64,000 nucleotides of DNA from Burkholderiales bacterium. GTDB taxonomy: Bacteria > Bacillota > Clostridia > Christensenellales > SZUA-584. Below the pieces are notes generated by a model. That model was not told where the DNA came from and did not search any database. It saw nothing but the letters and a program-made list of their open reading frames with translations. The stretch is from the NCBI GenBank assembly GCA_050260375.1, contig JBLNCA010000006.1:128250-192249 (forward strand), in the 5' to 3' direction. The translations under genes were made by a program, and so were the position numbers. Shown here in pieces: positions 47,010 through 56,268 of the stretch; position 1 is the stretch's first letter; each line of letters starts with the position of its first letter.

Positions 47010-47741
47010 TTATTTCTCAAATACGAATTCGACCGCGCTTCCTTCGGCAAGCTCGTCGGACGCAATGCCTGCGTTCTCGAGTATAGCCTTAAGTTCGGTA
47101 AGGCTTCCTTCGGGTATGACAAACAAAACGCTGCTGTCGTCCTCCTGCTCGGGCAAAATGTCGTACTTATCAAAAAACGCATAGAGAGCTTCGCGGAAGT
47201 CTTCCGATTCTTCGGAGGGTATTGCTATTGACGCCCCGTATGCTTTACCTGTCTCTTTCCTTACCGCGCTGCTGTCCTGCATCGCACTGCCGCGCGCTTC
47301 CTCTTCGGGCGCAGATGACGCGGCGGGCGCGGCAGCCATCTCGGGCGCTTCGGCAGGGGCGCTGTCGGCAGACATAAACTCCCGAGCCATCGGCTCTTCA
47401 AAATCCGCCGAGCCGGTTGCTCCGTCGAGGGTATTGTTGGGTAAAATGCCGGAAGAGAAAACGACTATAAGCACCAAAGCGGCGGCGAGCGCCGCTGAAG
47501 CGTATGCAAACACGGGTATCCTGCGCTTTTTTGCTTTTCTGATAGCGCCGAGCGCAAGACCCGCCGGAGGTTCAAGCTCGTCCATATTCGAAAGAGCTTT
47601 CTTCAGCGCAAGCGTTTTATCAAACTCTTTTTTGCAATGGTCGCAAGAACGGATATGTTCAAAAAGCCGCTGCGTATCGGCATCGCCCAGCATGCCGTCT
47701 ACATGCAGGTTTATATATTCAATTGCGGTTTGACAATCCAT
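47010..47741 (-). CDS. anti-sigma factor, zf-HC2 type, single-pass membrane protein
   Basis: An N-terminal HxxxCxxC motif (HIRSCDHCKKEF), a TM helix (VFAYASAALAAALVLIVVF) and an extracytoplasmic domain. The start is probably ATG 47741 (MDCQTAIEY). Confidence 0.72.
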   Translation of the reverse strand: MDCQTAIEYINLHVDGMLGDADTQRLFEHIRSCDHCKKEFDKTLALKKALSNMDELEPPAGLALGAIRKAKKRRIPVFAYASAALAAALVLIVVFSSGILPNNTLDGATGSADFEEPMAREFMSADSAPAEAPEMAAAPAASSAPEEEARGSAMQDSSAVRKETGKAYGASIAIPSEESEDFREALYAFFDKYDILPEQEDDSSVLFVIPEGSLTELKAILENAGIASDELAEGSAVEFVFEK

Positions 47742-47788
47742 GACCACCCACATCCCAATAATATATCATATAATCTGCTTACCACTTT

Positions 47789-47814
47789 GACGTGTCAAAC
47801 GGCAATAAAGTTCC
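47789..47814 (-). promoter_or_regulatory. ECF-sigma-type promoter candidate upstream of the anti-sigma gene
   Basis: The minus strand has GGAAC (47814-47810), a 17-nt spacer, then CGTC (47792-47789). This is about 48 nt upstream of ATG 47741. Confidence 0.3.
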
Positions 47815-47942
47815 AAATTCAATCATTCTTTTTGAAAAAATATATATCAAACCCTTGCTTACTACAATAAAAAAGTTGGAAACGGATTTTAAGCATTAAT
47901 ATGAATACTTGCTGAAAAGCTGATAAGGGACGCTATATAATG

Positions 47943-48548
47943 TTACGCCGTTTCTATATCGAGCGCCGAGGTTAATTCATAAATGCGCTTTACGCTTTCC
48001 GGCGTCATGTCCGATAAAAGCCAGCGCTCGGCGTATTCTTTCGGTACAATAAGCGGCATACGGTGGTGTATTTCCTGCATTTGCGCGTTTGCTGCCGCAG
48101 TGAGTATTACGAACCTATTCCTCTTCTCCCCCGCCGTGAAAAAATAGCCGTAAAGGCCTGCAAGGTAGAAAAAGCTTTCACCTTGAGGCCTTATTATATG
48201 CTTTATTTTGCGTTTGCCGTCGCTTTTCCACTCGTAAAAGCCTGTGCACGGAATAAGGCACTTTCTTTCCGGCACGCTTTGCCTGAAAATGTTTATATTG
48301 AATACCGTCTCGCTGCGCGCGTTTATAATAAGCTGCTTCGACTGCGCTTTAGGGAATCCCCACGACATAATGCCGGCCTCGCAGCAGCCCTTTACCTGGG
48401 CCAGCACGGCGGCGCTGTCGCCCGGGAAAACCTCGCCAGTTTTTATGCTTTGAGCGGCGTCTTCACCCAAACGCGACGCGATATCCTCGATTATGCTGCG
48501 CGCCTCGAAAATGTCCTTTATATCGTCAAAAGCATATCTCCCGCACAT
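47943..48548 (-). CDS. SOS response-associated peptidase (SRAP / YedK, DUF159)
   Basis: 201 aa with the N-terminus MCGRY carrying the catalytic Cys2, and an SRAP-like core (INARSET, PCTGFYEW). Confidence 0.88.
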   Translation of the reverse strand: MCGRYAFDDIKDIFEARSIIEDIASRLGEDAAQSIKTGEVFPGDSAAVLAQVKGCCEAGIMSWGFPKAQSKQLIINARSETVFNINIFRQSVPERKCLIPCTGFYEWKSDGKRKIKHIIRPQGESFFYLAGLYGYFFTAGEKRNRFVILTAAANAQMQEIHHRMPLIVPKEYAERWLLSDMTPESVKRIYELTSALDIETA

Positions 48549-48576
48549 GCCGCAATCTCCCGCAAAGCTCGCCGCG

Positions 48577-50739
48577 TCAGCCGCACTTCGAGTAGCCGCA
48601 CGAACGGCATACTACGCAGCCGCTCTCGTGCTCCATCTTTGAACCGCACTCGGGGCACTTGCTACCGTTGGCCGCTGGTTTTTTACCCGCGCTATCTCCT
48701 CGCAGCTCCACGACGCGCTCCAGCACCCTGCCTATTGCGTCCGGGCAGGACAGCACCTTAAGGCCGTTCTGGCGCAATGTGGAATGGCAGCGTATGCCGC
48801 GCAGCTGTTCTATGATACTCTGAACGTCAATCCCTGAGCGCAGCGCCATGGAAACAAGCCTGCTCGTGGCTTCCGACTGGGACGGGCATCCGCCCGCTCT
48901 TCCCACGTTGGTGAACACCTCGCATATGCCCTTGCTGTCGTAATTTACGGTTACATAGAGGTTGCCGCAGCCTATCTTTATCTTCTCCGTTATACCTCGC
49001 GTAATCTCCGGCCGCTCTCTCGGCATCAGCGTTTCGCTTTTCTCCTCGTCCTTGCCTACGCTCAGCACCTGCCCTGCCCTGCTGCCGTCCCTGTATATCG
49101 TGACGCCTTTAAGCCCCAATCCGTACGCAAGATCGTAGACGGCCTTAACGTCTTCCACCTTGGCGCTGCGAGGAAAGTTAACCGTCTTGGAGACCGCGTT
49201 GTCGGTGTGGCGCTGGAACATGCTCTGCATCCTTATGTGATATTCGGGCGATATATCGTGCGCGGTGACAAACACAGAAGCTACGTCCTCGGGTATGCCC
49301 TTTATGCCGCGCAGCGTGCCTTTCTGCGCTATGTCGCGCATGAGCTCTTCGCTGTAAAAGCCGCGCTGTTTGGCTACGGTTTCGAAGTACGGGTGCACCT
49401 CCAACAGCTTGTCGTTGTCCATTACGTTCCTGACATAGGATATCGCAAATACCGGCTCTATGCCGCTGGAAGCGCCTGCGATAATGGATATCGTACCTGT
49501 GGGCGCGATAGTCGTAACCGTAGCGTTGCGCATATACTTTATGCCGCGGCTTTTATATACGCTTTCTTCAAAGCAGGGGAAGCTGCCGCGCTTCTCGCCC
49601 AGTTCCTCTGACGCCTTGGCAGCCTGCTCTTTTATGAACGACATTACTTTATCCGCCGTGTCCAACGCCTGCTCGGAGTTATAAGGTATGCCCAGCTTGT
49701 AAAGCATGTCCGCAAAGCCCATAACGCCAAGGCCTATCTTTCTCATCCGCTTTGTGGTCTCGTCGATTATTGCGAGCGGGTATCTGTTCACGTCTATTAC
49801 GTTGTCCAGGAAATGCACGGCGGTCTTTACCGTATGGCCCAGGCCGTCGTAGTCGATGCTGCCGTCCTTAACGAACTCATTTAAGTTGACAGAGCCTAAG
49901 TTGCAGCTCTCGTAAGGCAGCAGCGGCTGTTCGCCGCAAGGATTAGTGCTCTCTATCTCGCCCGCGGAAGGCACAGGGTTGTCCGCGTTTATCCTGTCGA
50001 GGAACACTATTCCGGGCTCGCCGTTGCGCCACGCCATCTCCACTATAGTCTCATATACGTGCCGCGCGTCAAGCTTTTCGGTGACTTTGCGCGTAGCGGG
50101 GTCTATAAGCTCGTACTTGCTCCCCGATATTACGGCTTTCATGAAAGCCTCGGTAAGCCCTACGCTTATATTGAAATTTGTAAGCTGCCCGGGATCGCTC
50201 TTGCAGGATATGAATTCCATTATATCCGGATGGTCGACGCGCAGTATGCCCATATTGGCTCCGCGCCTCGTGCCGCCCTGCTTTACGGCTTCGGTGGAAG
50301 CGTTGAAAACCTTCATAAAGCTGACTGGGCCGCTCGCCACCCCGCCCGTAGAGTTTACCGACGCGCCTTTCGGCCGTATGCGCGAAAATGAAAAGCCGGT
50401 GCCTCCGCCGCTCTTGTGTATCATTGCTGCGTTCTTCAGCGTGTCGAATATGCCTTCCATGCTGTCTTCTATAGGCAGCACAAAGCACGCCGAAAGCTGG
50501 CCAAGCTCGCGCCCCGCGTTCATCAGCGTTGGCGAATTGGGTAAAAACTTAAGGGACGACATAAGTTCATAAAACTCCTCTTCGGTTTTACGCGCGTCGC
50601 CGCCGTAATTTTCGTCCGCCGCCGCTATCGCGTGAGCTACGCGCCGTATCATGTCCTCCGGCTTTTCACAGACGCCGTTAGCGTCTTTCTTAAGATACCG
50701 CCTCTCAAGCACGAGCTTCGCATTTTCAGAAAGCACCAT
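48577..50739 (-). CDS. nrdJ: adenosylcobalamin-dependent (class II) ribonucleotide reductase
   Basis: About 720 aa from ATG 50739 (MVLSENAKLVLERRYL). The RNR core motifs are NPCGEQPL and SCNLGS. A C-terminal zinc ribbon reads CPECGSKMEHESGCVVCRSCG. Confidence 0.92.
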   Translation of the reverse strand: MVLSENAKLVLERRYLKKDANGVCEKPEDMIRRVAHAIAAADENYGGDARKTEEEFYELMSSLKFLPNSPTLMNAGRELGQLSACFVLPIEDSMEGIFDTLKNAAMIHKSGGGTGFSFSRIRPKGASVNSTGGVASGPVSFMKVFNASTEAVKQGGTRRGANMGILRVDHPDIMEFISCKSDPGQLTNFNISVGLTEAFMKAVISGSKYELIDPATRKVTEKLDARHVYETIVEMAWRNGEPGIVFLDRINADNPVPSAGEIESTNPCGEQPLLPYESCNLGSVNLNEFVKDGSIDYDGLGHTVKTAVHFLDNVIDVNRYPLAIIDETTKRMRKIGLGVMGFADMLYKLGIPYNSEQALDTADKVMSFIKEQAAKASEELGEKRGSFPCFEESVYKSRGIKYMRNATVTTIAPTGTISIIAGASSGIEPVFAISYVRNVMDNDKLLEVHPYFETVAKQRGFYSEELMRDIAQKGTLRGIKGIPEDVASVFVTAHDISPEYHIRMQSMFQRHTDNAVSKTVNFPRSAKVEDVKAVYDLAYGLGLKGVTIYRDGSRAGQVLSVGKDEEKSETLMPRERPEITRGITEKIKIGCGNLYVTVNYDSKGICEVFTNVGRAGGCPSQSEATSRLVSMALRSGIDVQSIIEQLRGIRCHSTLRQNGLKVLSCPDAIGRVLERVVELRGDSAGKKPAANGSKCPECGSKMEHESGCVVCRSCGYSKCG

Positions 50740-50753
50740 AATATCACCTTCGC

Positions 50754-50808
50754 AAACAATATAATGTGGTTGGATATATATAATAATACAATATGTTGTT
50801 AAAAGCAA
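50754..50808 (-). promoter_or_regulatory. nrdJ promoter with two NrdR boxes
   Basis: The boxes are AAACAATATAATGTGG (50754-50769) and ATACAATATGTTGTTA (50786-50801). They match acaCwAtATaTwGtgt at 13/16 and 12/16 positions, with centres 32 bp apart. The promoter candidate is TTGCTT (50808-50803), a 17-nt spacer, then TATTAT (50785-50780), so box 2 fills the spacer. Confidence 0.65.
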
Positions 50809-50826
50809 GAGATAAATTAAGCGTAT

Positions 50827-51612
50827 TTAAGGGGTGTAATTCTCAAAAAGCTCACGGAATTTGCTTATCTGACCTTCGCCGGACGAGTAGAACTCCACAG
50901 TGCCCTGCCCGCTTTTCGCACAGCGCAGCCCGTTTTCGACGAGTATACGGCGAAGCTGCGCCGCCGTGCCTTCCTTGCCGTCGAATACGCTGCAATCGGT
51001 GGAATATGCTTTGTCTATATAGCTTTTTATTTTATTGCTGATAAAAGAATAGTGCGTGCAGCCGATTACTACAGCATCTATCTTCTCGTCTTTAATATGG
51101 GAAAGGCGCTTCGAGAGATATTCGTGTATCTCGCTCTCGCTGGTATGCGCGCTCTCTATCATCTCCACGAGCCCGTTGCAGCCGACGTTTATCGTACAGT
51201 CTTTTGCATTGAGCCTGTCAAGCAGGCTTAAGTACCGCTGCTGCGTTACGGTTGCGGAAGTCGCAAGCACCAGTACTTTTCCGCCCTTCAGCGCGCCGAG
51301 CGCGGGCTTTACCGCGGGCTCCATGCTGATTACGGGTATGTTGAACTCGTCGCGCATGCGCTTTACCGCCGCGCTGGTTGCCGTGTTGCACGCTATGACT
51401 ATGGCTTTTACGCCCTTATCAAAAAGAAAACGCCCCGCAGCGAGCGACAGGGATTTTATCTCGTCCTCCGACTTTTCCCCGTATGGAGCGTTGGCATTGT
51501 CTCCGTAATATATGTAATCCTCATCGGGCATCAGCTTATACGCCGTTTTCAGCACGCTTATACCGCCTACGCCGGAATCGAAAAAACCAACAGGCCTGCA
51601 GTTATCGGACAT
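50827..51612 (-). CDS. murI: glutamate racemase
   Basis: Motifs FDSGVGGISV, ACNTATS and GCTHYSF. The start is placed at ATG 51612 after a GGGAG SD. Confidence 0.93.
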   Translation of the reverse strand: MSDNCRPVGFFDSGVGGISVLKTAYKLMPDEDYIYYGDNANAPYGEKSEDEIKSLSLAAGRFLFDKGVKAIVIACNTATSAAVKRMRDEFNIPVISMEPAVKPALGALKGGKVLVLATSATVTQQRYLSLLDRLNAKDCTINVGCNGLVEMIESAHTSESEIHEYLSKRLSHIKDEKIDAVVIGCTHYSFISNKIKSYIDKAYSTDCSVFDGKEGTAAQLRRILVENGLRCAKSGQGTVEFYSSGEGQISKFRELFENYTP

Positions 51613-51640
51613 TTTTTCTCCCAATACGATTTGTTGTCTA

Positions 51641-51670
51641 ATTATACCTTAAAGGGAGGCTTTTTTTCAA
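51641..51670 (-). promoter_or_regulatory. sigma-A-type promoter candidate for murI
   Basis: The minus strand has TTGAAA (51670-51665), an 18-nt spacer, then TATAAT (51646-51641). Confidence 0.4.
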
Positions 51671-51726
51671 CTCCGATTGCGGCGCCGCGGCAGCCGCCGT
51701 CTGCCCGAGTCGGCAAAAGCCGTATT

Positions 51727-52857
51727 TTAAGGGCCGCTAATCTCGATAACGCGGCTTATAGCTTGCGCAACGTACTTGGTTGAGTTTATCGCCTGCTGAA
51801 GCGAATTGGCGTTGTGCCCCACCTCAATGAGCAGGCACATGTCGGACACCTGCTGATTGTACCTGCCCGTCTTTACGCGTATCGGGCGGGTGAAGCCTTC
51901 TTTTATGTTTTCCAGTTCGTTAGTTATGGCAAGCGCCAGCTTGTAGTTGGACTCAAAGTAGGGCTTCCCGTCGAAACCGACTCCCGTGTAGCCCTTGCCC
52001 GTTCCTACGACGAACATAACCCTCGTGCATTCTTCGCCGTTTATTGTTACATAATCCTTTTCGTTCTTTCCTGAGTCCCTGTGAACGTCTATGTATACCT
52101 TGAGCCCGGGATACTGCGCTGCGTATTTCTTCATAGTTTCCAGTGACTTTGAATATGCGGATTTTAAGCCTTCGCTCATATGGTCCGTTACGTCGTGCAG
52201 AACCGTATAACCGTATTCTTCAAGCGCCGCTTTTAACGCGTCTCCTACTGCCGCGACCGAATTAAACTGGTCCTTTGTGTACCACTTCCCCGCTTCGATA
52301 TACTCGGCGCCCAGTATCTGCCGGTACGCCTCTTCCATATGCGTATGGTAAATGAGTATCTGCGGCCCCCCTGCACCCACATAGAAAGACTTCGGCTCTT
52401 TGGAGTATTTTATTATCTCCATCTTTATTTCGTCAGTCGCAATGTTGAAGTCTATCTCCGTATTAACAAGGCCGTTCTGCGGCTCAACCGGCTCGGCTTT
52501 TTCCACGTCTACGCCGTAAATAATTGGCATCTCCTGTGAAAGTATAAACTTTATGGCGTCTATGTTCGCATATGCTTCGTCCGAGCCAGAAGCGCCGGGT
52601 TGGTCAACGGCGCCGTACGCGAGAATATTGTCCGCCTTATTCGTATTGGCCGCGCGCGACAAAAAAAAGACCGACAATACCAGCATAACCAGTATGGCCG
52701 CATAAAGGGCAATACGGGGTCCCCGGCAAGCTGTTAAGCTTGACGGGGTGTAAATATTTGTATTTTGGCTTCGCTTCAGCGGATACCTTTTAAATACGGG
52801 GTCCCCAAAAAGTCGCGAGGCTTTTTGGGGTGTGTATCGTTTGTATGTATACATCAT
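51727..52857 (-). CDS. spoIIP: stage II sporulation protein P
   Basis: 376 aa with one TM helix and a SpoIIP amidase-like domain (ILIYHTHMEEAY, VYIDVHRDSG). It is adjacent to gpr, as in Bacillus. ATG 52857 has an AAGGAG SD 7 nt upstream. Confidence 0.88.
   Translation of the reverse strand: MMYTYKRYTPQKASRLFGDPVFKRYPLKRSQNTNIYTPSSLTACRGPRIALYAAILVMLVLSVFFLSRAANTNKADNILAYGAVDQPGASGSDEAYANIDAIKFILSQEMPIIYGVDVEKAEPVEPQNGLVNTEIDFNIATDEIKMEIIKYSKEPKSFYVGAGGPQILIYHTHMEEAYRQILGAEYIEAGKWYTKDQFNSVAAVGDALKAALEEYGYTVLHDVTDHMSEGLKSAYSKSLETMKKYAAQYPGLKVYIDVHRDSGKNEKDYVTINGEECTRVMFVVGTGKGYTGVGFDGKPYFESNYKLALAITNELENIKEGFTRPIRVKTGRYNQQVSDMCLLIEVGHNANSLQQAINSTKYVAQAISRVIEISGP
52712..52755 (+). repeat. GGGGTCCCC hairpin repeat (variant arms and loop) inside the spoIIP 5' coding region
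   Basis: The sequence is ATACGGGGTCCCC-GGCAAGC-TGTTA-GCTTGAC-GGGGTGTAAAT. On the minus strand it is translated as YTPSSLTACRGPRI. Confidence 0.85.
52794..52837 (+). repeat. GGGGTCCCC hairpin repeat inside the spoIIP 5' coding region
   Basis: The sequence is ATACGGGGTCCCC-AAAAAG-TCGCGAGG-CTTTTT-GGGGTGTGTAT. On the minus strand it is translated as [14 protein letters not shown]. Confidence 0.88.
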
Positions 52858-52974
52858 ATTTTCGCTCCTTAAAAAAATCTATGCGGAGCCGTGATGATGT
52901 ATACATACATAGCGCGGCGAAGCTTGCCGTCCTGAAAGCCTTTAGTATTTTAAGGATGGCGTCGCCTTAAAAAA

Positions 52975-53898
52975 CTAGTGCATATACCTTCGCGTTTCTT
53001 CCAATGTAAGGTTCCTGTGCAGCGCGAGGTTTAGCGCATCGGATATTATGCGCGCCAGGTCCTCCACCACCTTGTCTATTTCTTTAGGCGTAACTATCAT
53101 GTCGGCGCCCTCAACGTCCATCATGCCTTTTAAGAGATCTCTAATCTTCGCCTGTATCCTTGCGTCCTCCGGCGTTTTTGCCATAGCCGCTTCCAGCAAA
53201 TCGTTGGCGACGGTTGAAGCGTAAACTACGAGCGGCACTCCCAAGGCCAGCACGGGTATGCCCAGAGTCTCGCGGTCTAAAGCTTTTCGCTTGTTGCCTA
53301 TGCCGGCGCCCGGCGCTATGCCGCTGTCGCCCAGCTGCACCGTCGTGCGCACGCGATCGATGCTCCTCGATGCGAGCGAGTCAATGGCTATTACGAGCGA
53401 AGGCTTAATGTGATCAACCACGCCCTTTATTATCTCGCCCGTTTCAATGCCGGTAACGCCCAACACTCCGGGCGATATAGCGCACACGTTGCCCATGCGC
53501 TCATCGACGCTTTCGGGCACGTATTCGTGTATATGCCTTGTCACAAAAACCATATCGCAAACGACCGGGCCTAAAGAGTCGGGCGTGACCATGTGGTTGC
53601 CAAGTCCCACTACGAGCGTGACGCCGTTTAACGCGTCTCCCGCCATAGCCTTTATCTCTTCCGCCAACGCTTTGGAACAGTTCTCGTCTATCGTAACGTC
53701 TCCGTGAGCGAGCTCTTTTGTTTCAAGCGTGACATACGTGCCCATCTTTTTTCCCAGCGCCTGCTCTCCCTCGGGCGTCGATACGATTACCTTTGTCTTT
53801 CTGATGCCCTGAATGACCTCGTTTATTACGTTTACACCCGGTATTTGCTGCTGGCCGTAAGCTTCGGTAGCCTCCATTGCCAAGTCTGTCCTTATCAT
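52975..53898 (-). CDS. gpr: germination protease (GPR endopeptidase)
   Basis: 307 aa with the N-terminus MIRTDLAMEA and the motifs VVGLGNHMVTPDSLGP and AIDSLASRS. Confidence 0.93.
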   Translation of the reverse strand: MIRTDLAMEATEAYGQQQIPGVNVINEVIQGIRKTKVIVSTPEGEQALGKKMGTYVTLETKELAHGDVTIDENCSKALAEEIKAMAGDALNGVTLVVGLGNHMVTPDSLGPVVCDMVFVTRHIHEYVPESVDERMGNVCAISPGVLGVTGIETGEIIKGVVDHIKPSLVIAIDSLASRSIDRVRTTVQLGDSGIAPGAGIGNKRKALDRETLGIPVLALGVPLVVYASTVANDLLEAAMAKTPEDARIQAKIRDLLKGMMDVEGADMIVTPKEIDKVVEDLARIISDALNLALHRNLTLEETRRYMH

Positions 53899-53955
53899 AG
53901 CATTCCTCCTTTAAAATCATGGTAATAGTATTTGCAGGCTGCGGGCAAAAAACGC

Positions 53956-53981
53956 AAAAAAAAGAAAGCGTTAAAGCTTTC
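53956..53981 (-). terminator. intrinsic terminator after pyrE (end of the pyr operon)
   Basis: The minus strand reads GAAAGC-TTTAAC-GCTTTC followed by TTTTTTTTG. Confidence 0.7.
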
Positions 53982-53997
53982 ATAGAGACGAAAAACG

Positions 53998-54567
53998 TTA
54001 CTTTAAGTTCCTGCTTCCCGGCTTTACCGCCGGAGTGCCGGCAGCGCACAGCGGGCAGTCCTGCGGCTCGTAGGACGTTATTTCCATGCTCAGCACCGCC
54101 TCGAACGGAACGCCGAAATCCACTTTACCGTTCGAGCGGTCTACGACGCAGCCCACGCCCGCGACCTCAGCGCCGAAGGAGCGGATAAGCTCGATTACTT
54201 CCCTTACCGAGCCGCCCGTTGTGACCACGTCTTCGACGACGAGCACCCTGGCATGCTCGGGAACGCTGAAGCCGCGCCGCAGCGTCATTACGCCATTCTC
54301 GCGCTCCGCGAAGATATTGGGAACGTTAAGCTGCCTTGCCACCTCGTACGCCAGTATTATGCCGCCTATAGCCGGGTCCGCAACAAGGTCAATGCCCTTA
54401 AACCTTCCCGCAAGCTCTTTCGCTATACTTTCGGACATGTCGGGATACTGGAACAGCCTTGCGCACTGCATGTATCTGTCCGAATGTCGGCCCGATGTAA
54501 GCAGGAAATGCCCTTCGAGCATAACGCCCGATTCGCGCAGTAATTGAAGCGCTTCTTCTTTTTTCAT
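53998..54567 (-). CDS. pyrE: orotate phosphoribosyltransferase
   Basis: 189 aa with the PRPP-binding motif [13 protein letters not shown]. Confidence 0.95.
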   Translation of the reverse strand: MKKEEALQLLRESGVMLEGHFLLTSGRHSDRYMQCARLFQYPDMSESIAKELAGRFKGIDLVADPAIGGIILAYEVARQLNVPNIFAERENGVMTLRRGFSVPEHARVLVVEDVVTTGGSVREVIELIRSFGAEVAGVGCVVDRSNGKVDFGVPFEAVLSMEITSYEPQDCPLCAAGTPAVKPGSRNLK

Positions 54568-54568
54568 G

Positions 54569-55483
54569 TCATACCTCCAGCGCGCCCGTAAGCGCGGAAA
54601 TTTTGTCTGTATTCGTCTGCGCGGCGTAAGATTCCAGTTCGGATATTATGCGCACAGGGGCTTCGGGGTCAGCAATACCCGCGGTGCCCACCATAACTGC
54701 CGTCGCTCCGCACAGCATGAACTCCGCCGCGTCCTCTCCCGTCATTATGCCGCCCAAGCCTATAACGGGTATGTCCACCGCGCGCGATACGTCGTACACC
54801 ATCTTAAGCGCTACAGGCTTGATGCACGGCCCCGAGAGCCCGCCAGTTATATTGCCGAGTATCGGGCGCCTTGACTTCGCGTCTACGGCCATAGCGGGCA
54901 GCGTGTTAATAAGCGATACCGCGTCCGCACCCGAGCGCTCAACAGCCCTTGCTATGCGAGCGACGTCTCCCGCAGCGGGCGTCAGCTTTACAATAAGAGG
55001 CTTTTTTGAAACGCTTTTTGCTTCCTTTACGCACTGCGCCGCCAAAGTTTCATCGGTGCCCAGCACCGCGCCGCCCAGCGCTACGTTTGGGCAGGAAATG
55101 TTGAGTTCAAACATGTCTATCCGCGTATCGTTGAGCCTTTCGATGACATATACGTAGTCTTCTACGCATTTGCCCGCCACGTTGGCTATTATAACGGTAT
55201 CAAGCGACTCCACAAACCTGTATTCTTTTTCGAGGAACCCGTCCACGCCGGGGTTTTGCAGCCCCACGCTGTTGACTATGCCCGACGCCGTCTCGGCTAT
55301 CCTCGGCGGCTTGTTGCCTATGCGCTTTTCGGACGTTATCGATTTGAGCGCAATGCCGCCAAGGCGGCTTACGTCTATAAACCACGAGTGCTGCCTGCCG
55401 AAAGCAAACGTACCCGAAGCGGCGATAATGGGATTTTTTAGGACTTTCCCGCACAGCTCAACCGTCATATCCACAGCCATCAC
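54569..55483 (-). CDS. pyrD: dihydroorotate dehydrogenase B, catalytic subunit
   Basis: 304 aa of class 1B DHODH, with motifs NISCPN and GGLSGP and a pyrK partner upstream. Confidence 0.95.
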   Translation of the reverse strand: MMAVDMTVELCGKVLKNPIIAASGTFAFGRQHSWFIDVSRLGGIALKSITSEKRIGNKPPRIAETASGIVNSVGLQNPGVDGFLEKEYRFVESLDTVIIANVAGKCVEDYVYVIERLNDTRIDMFELNISCPNVALGGAVLGTDETLAAQCVKEAKSVSKKPLIVKLTPAAGDVARIARAVERSGADAVSLINTLPAMAVDAKSRRPILGNITGGLSGPCIKPVALKMVYDVSRAVDIPVIGLGGIMTGEDAAEFMLCGATAVMVGTAGIADPEAPVRIISELESYAAQTNTDKISALTGALEV

Positions 55484-56268
55484 AACACCACCTCGCGCAA
55501 GTCGAATACCGGGCCTTCGATGCAGACCTTTTTATACTCCAGTCCGCCGCCCGCGTCTATGCCGCACGTGCATGTGGAGCACGCGCCGAAGCCGCATCCC
55601 ATACGCTGTTCCATAGACACCTGAGCGGGCACGTTGAACTTTTTAACCACTTCCTTAAGAGCCTTAAGCATCGGTATGGGCCCGCAGGCGAGTATAACGT
55701 CGGGCAAGGCCTCGTTAAGCCGCTTCTCGAGCGCCTGAGTGACGAAGCCCTTGTCTCCCAGCGTGCCGTCGTCCGACGTAACAAATATCTTTGCGCACGA
55801 TTCTTTAAAGTCCCAAAGGCAGTATTCGTACTCTTTGCCCCTGTAGCCCAGGAACGCTTCGTAGTTTTTATCGCGCCATTTTTGCACTGCGGAAAGCAGC
55901 GGCGCAATGCCCACGCCGCCTCCCACGAGGAACACGGTTTTATCGCCGCTGTTAAGACTGAAGCCCCTGCCGATGGGAAGTATCGCATCGACGCCCTCGC
56001 CTACTCGCAGCTCTGAAAAAGCTTTAGTCCCCTTGCCTTTTATCTGATAGACGAGAGTTGCCGTTTGAGATTCGGCGTCTACGGTACATATGCTGAGCGG
56101 CCGCCTTAATAGCAACTCGCCATGACCGGGCACGGCAAGGTCTGCGAACTGGCCGGGCACGAAGTGTTCAAGGTCGGCCTCGCCGCACAAAAGCCGCATA
56201 CGGTATATATTGTTTGCTATCCGTTTGTTCTCCCGGACAACCGCCGTTACTTTCTTAAACATCCGCAA
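55480..56268 (-). CDS. pyrK: dihydroorotate dehydrogenase electron-transfer subunit
   Basis: 262 aa with an FAD/NAD-binding fold and a C-terminal 2Fe-2S motif [11 protein letters not shown]...C. Confidence 0.93.
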   Translation of the reverse strand: MRMFKKVTAVVRENKRIANNIYRMRLLCGEADLEHFVPGQFADLAVPGHGELLLRRPLSICTVDAESQTATLVYQIKGKGTKAFSELRVGEGVDAILPIGRGFSLNSGDKTVFLVGGGVGIAPLLSAVQKWRDKNYEAFLGYRGKEYEYCLWDFKESCAKIFVTSDDGTLGDKGFVTQALEKRLNEALPDVILACGPIPMLKALKEVVKKFNVPAQVSMEQRMGCGFGACSTCTCGIDAGGGLEYKKVCIEGPVFDLREVVL

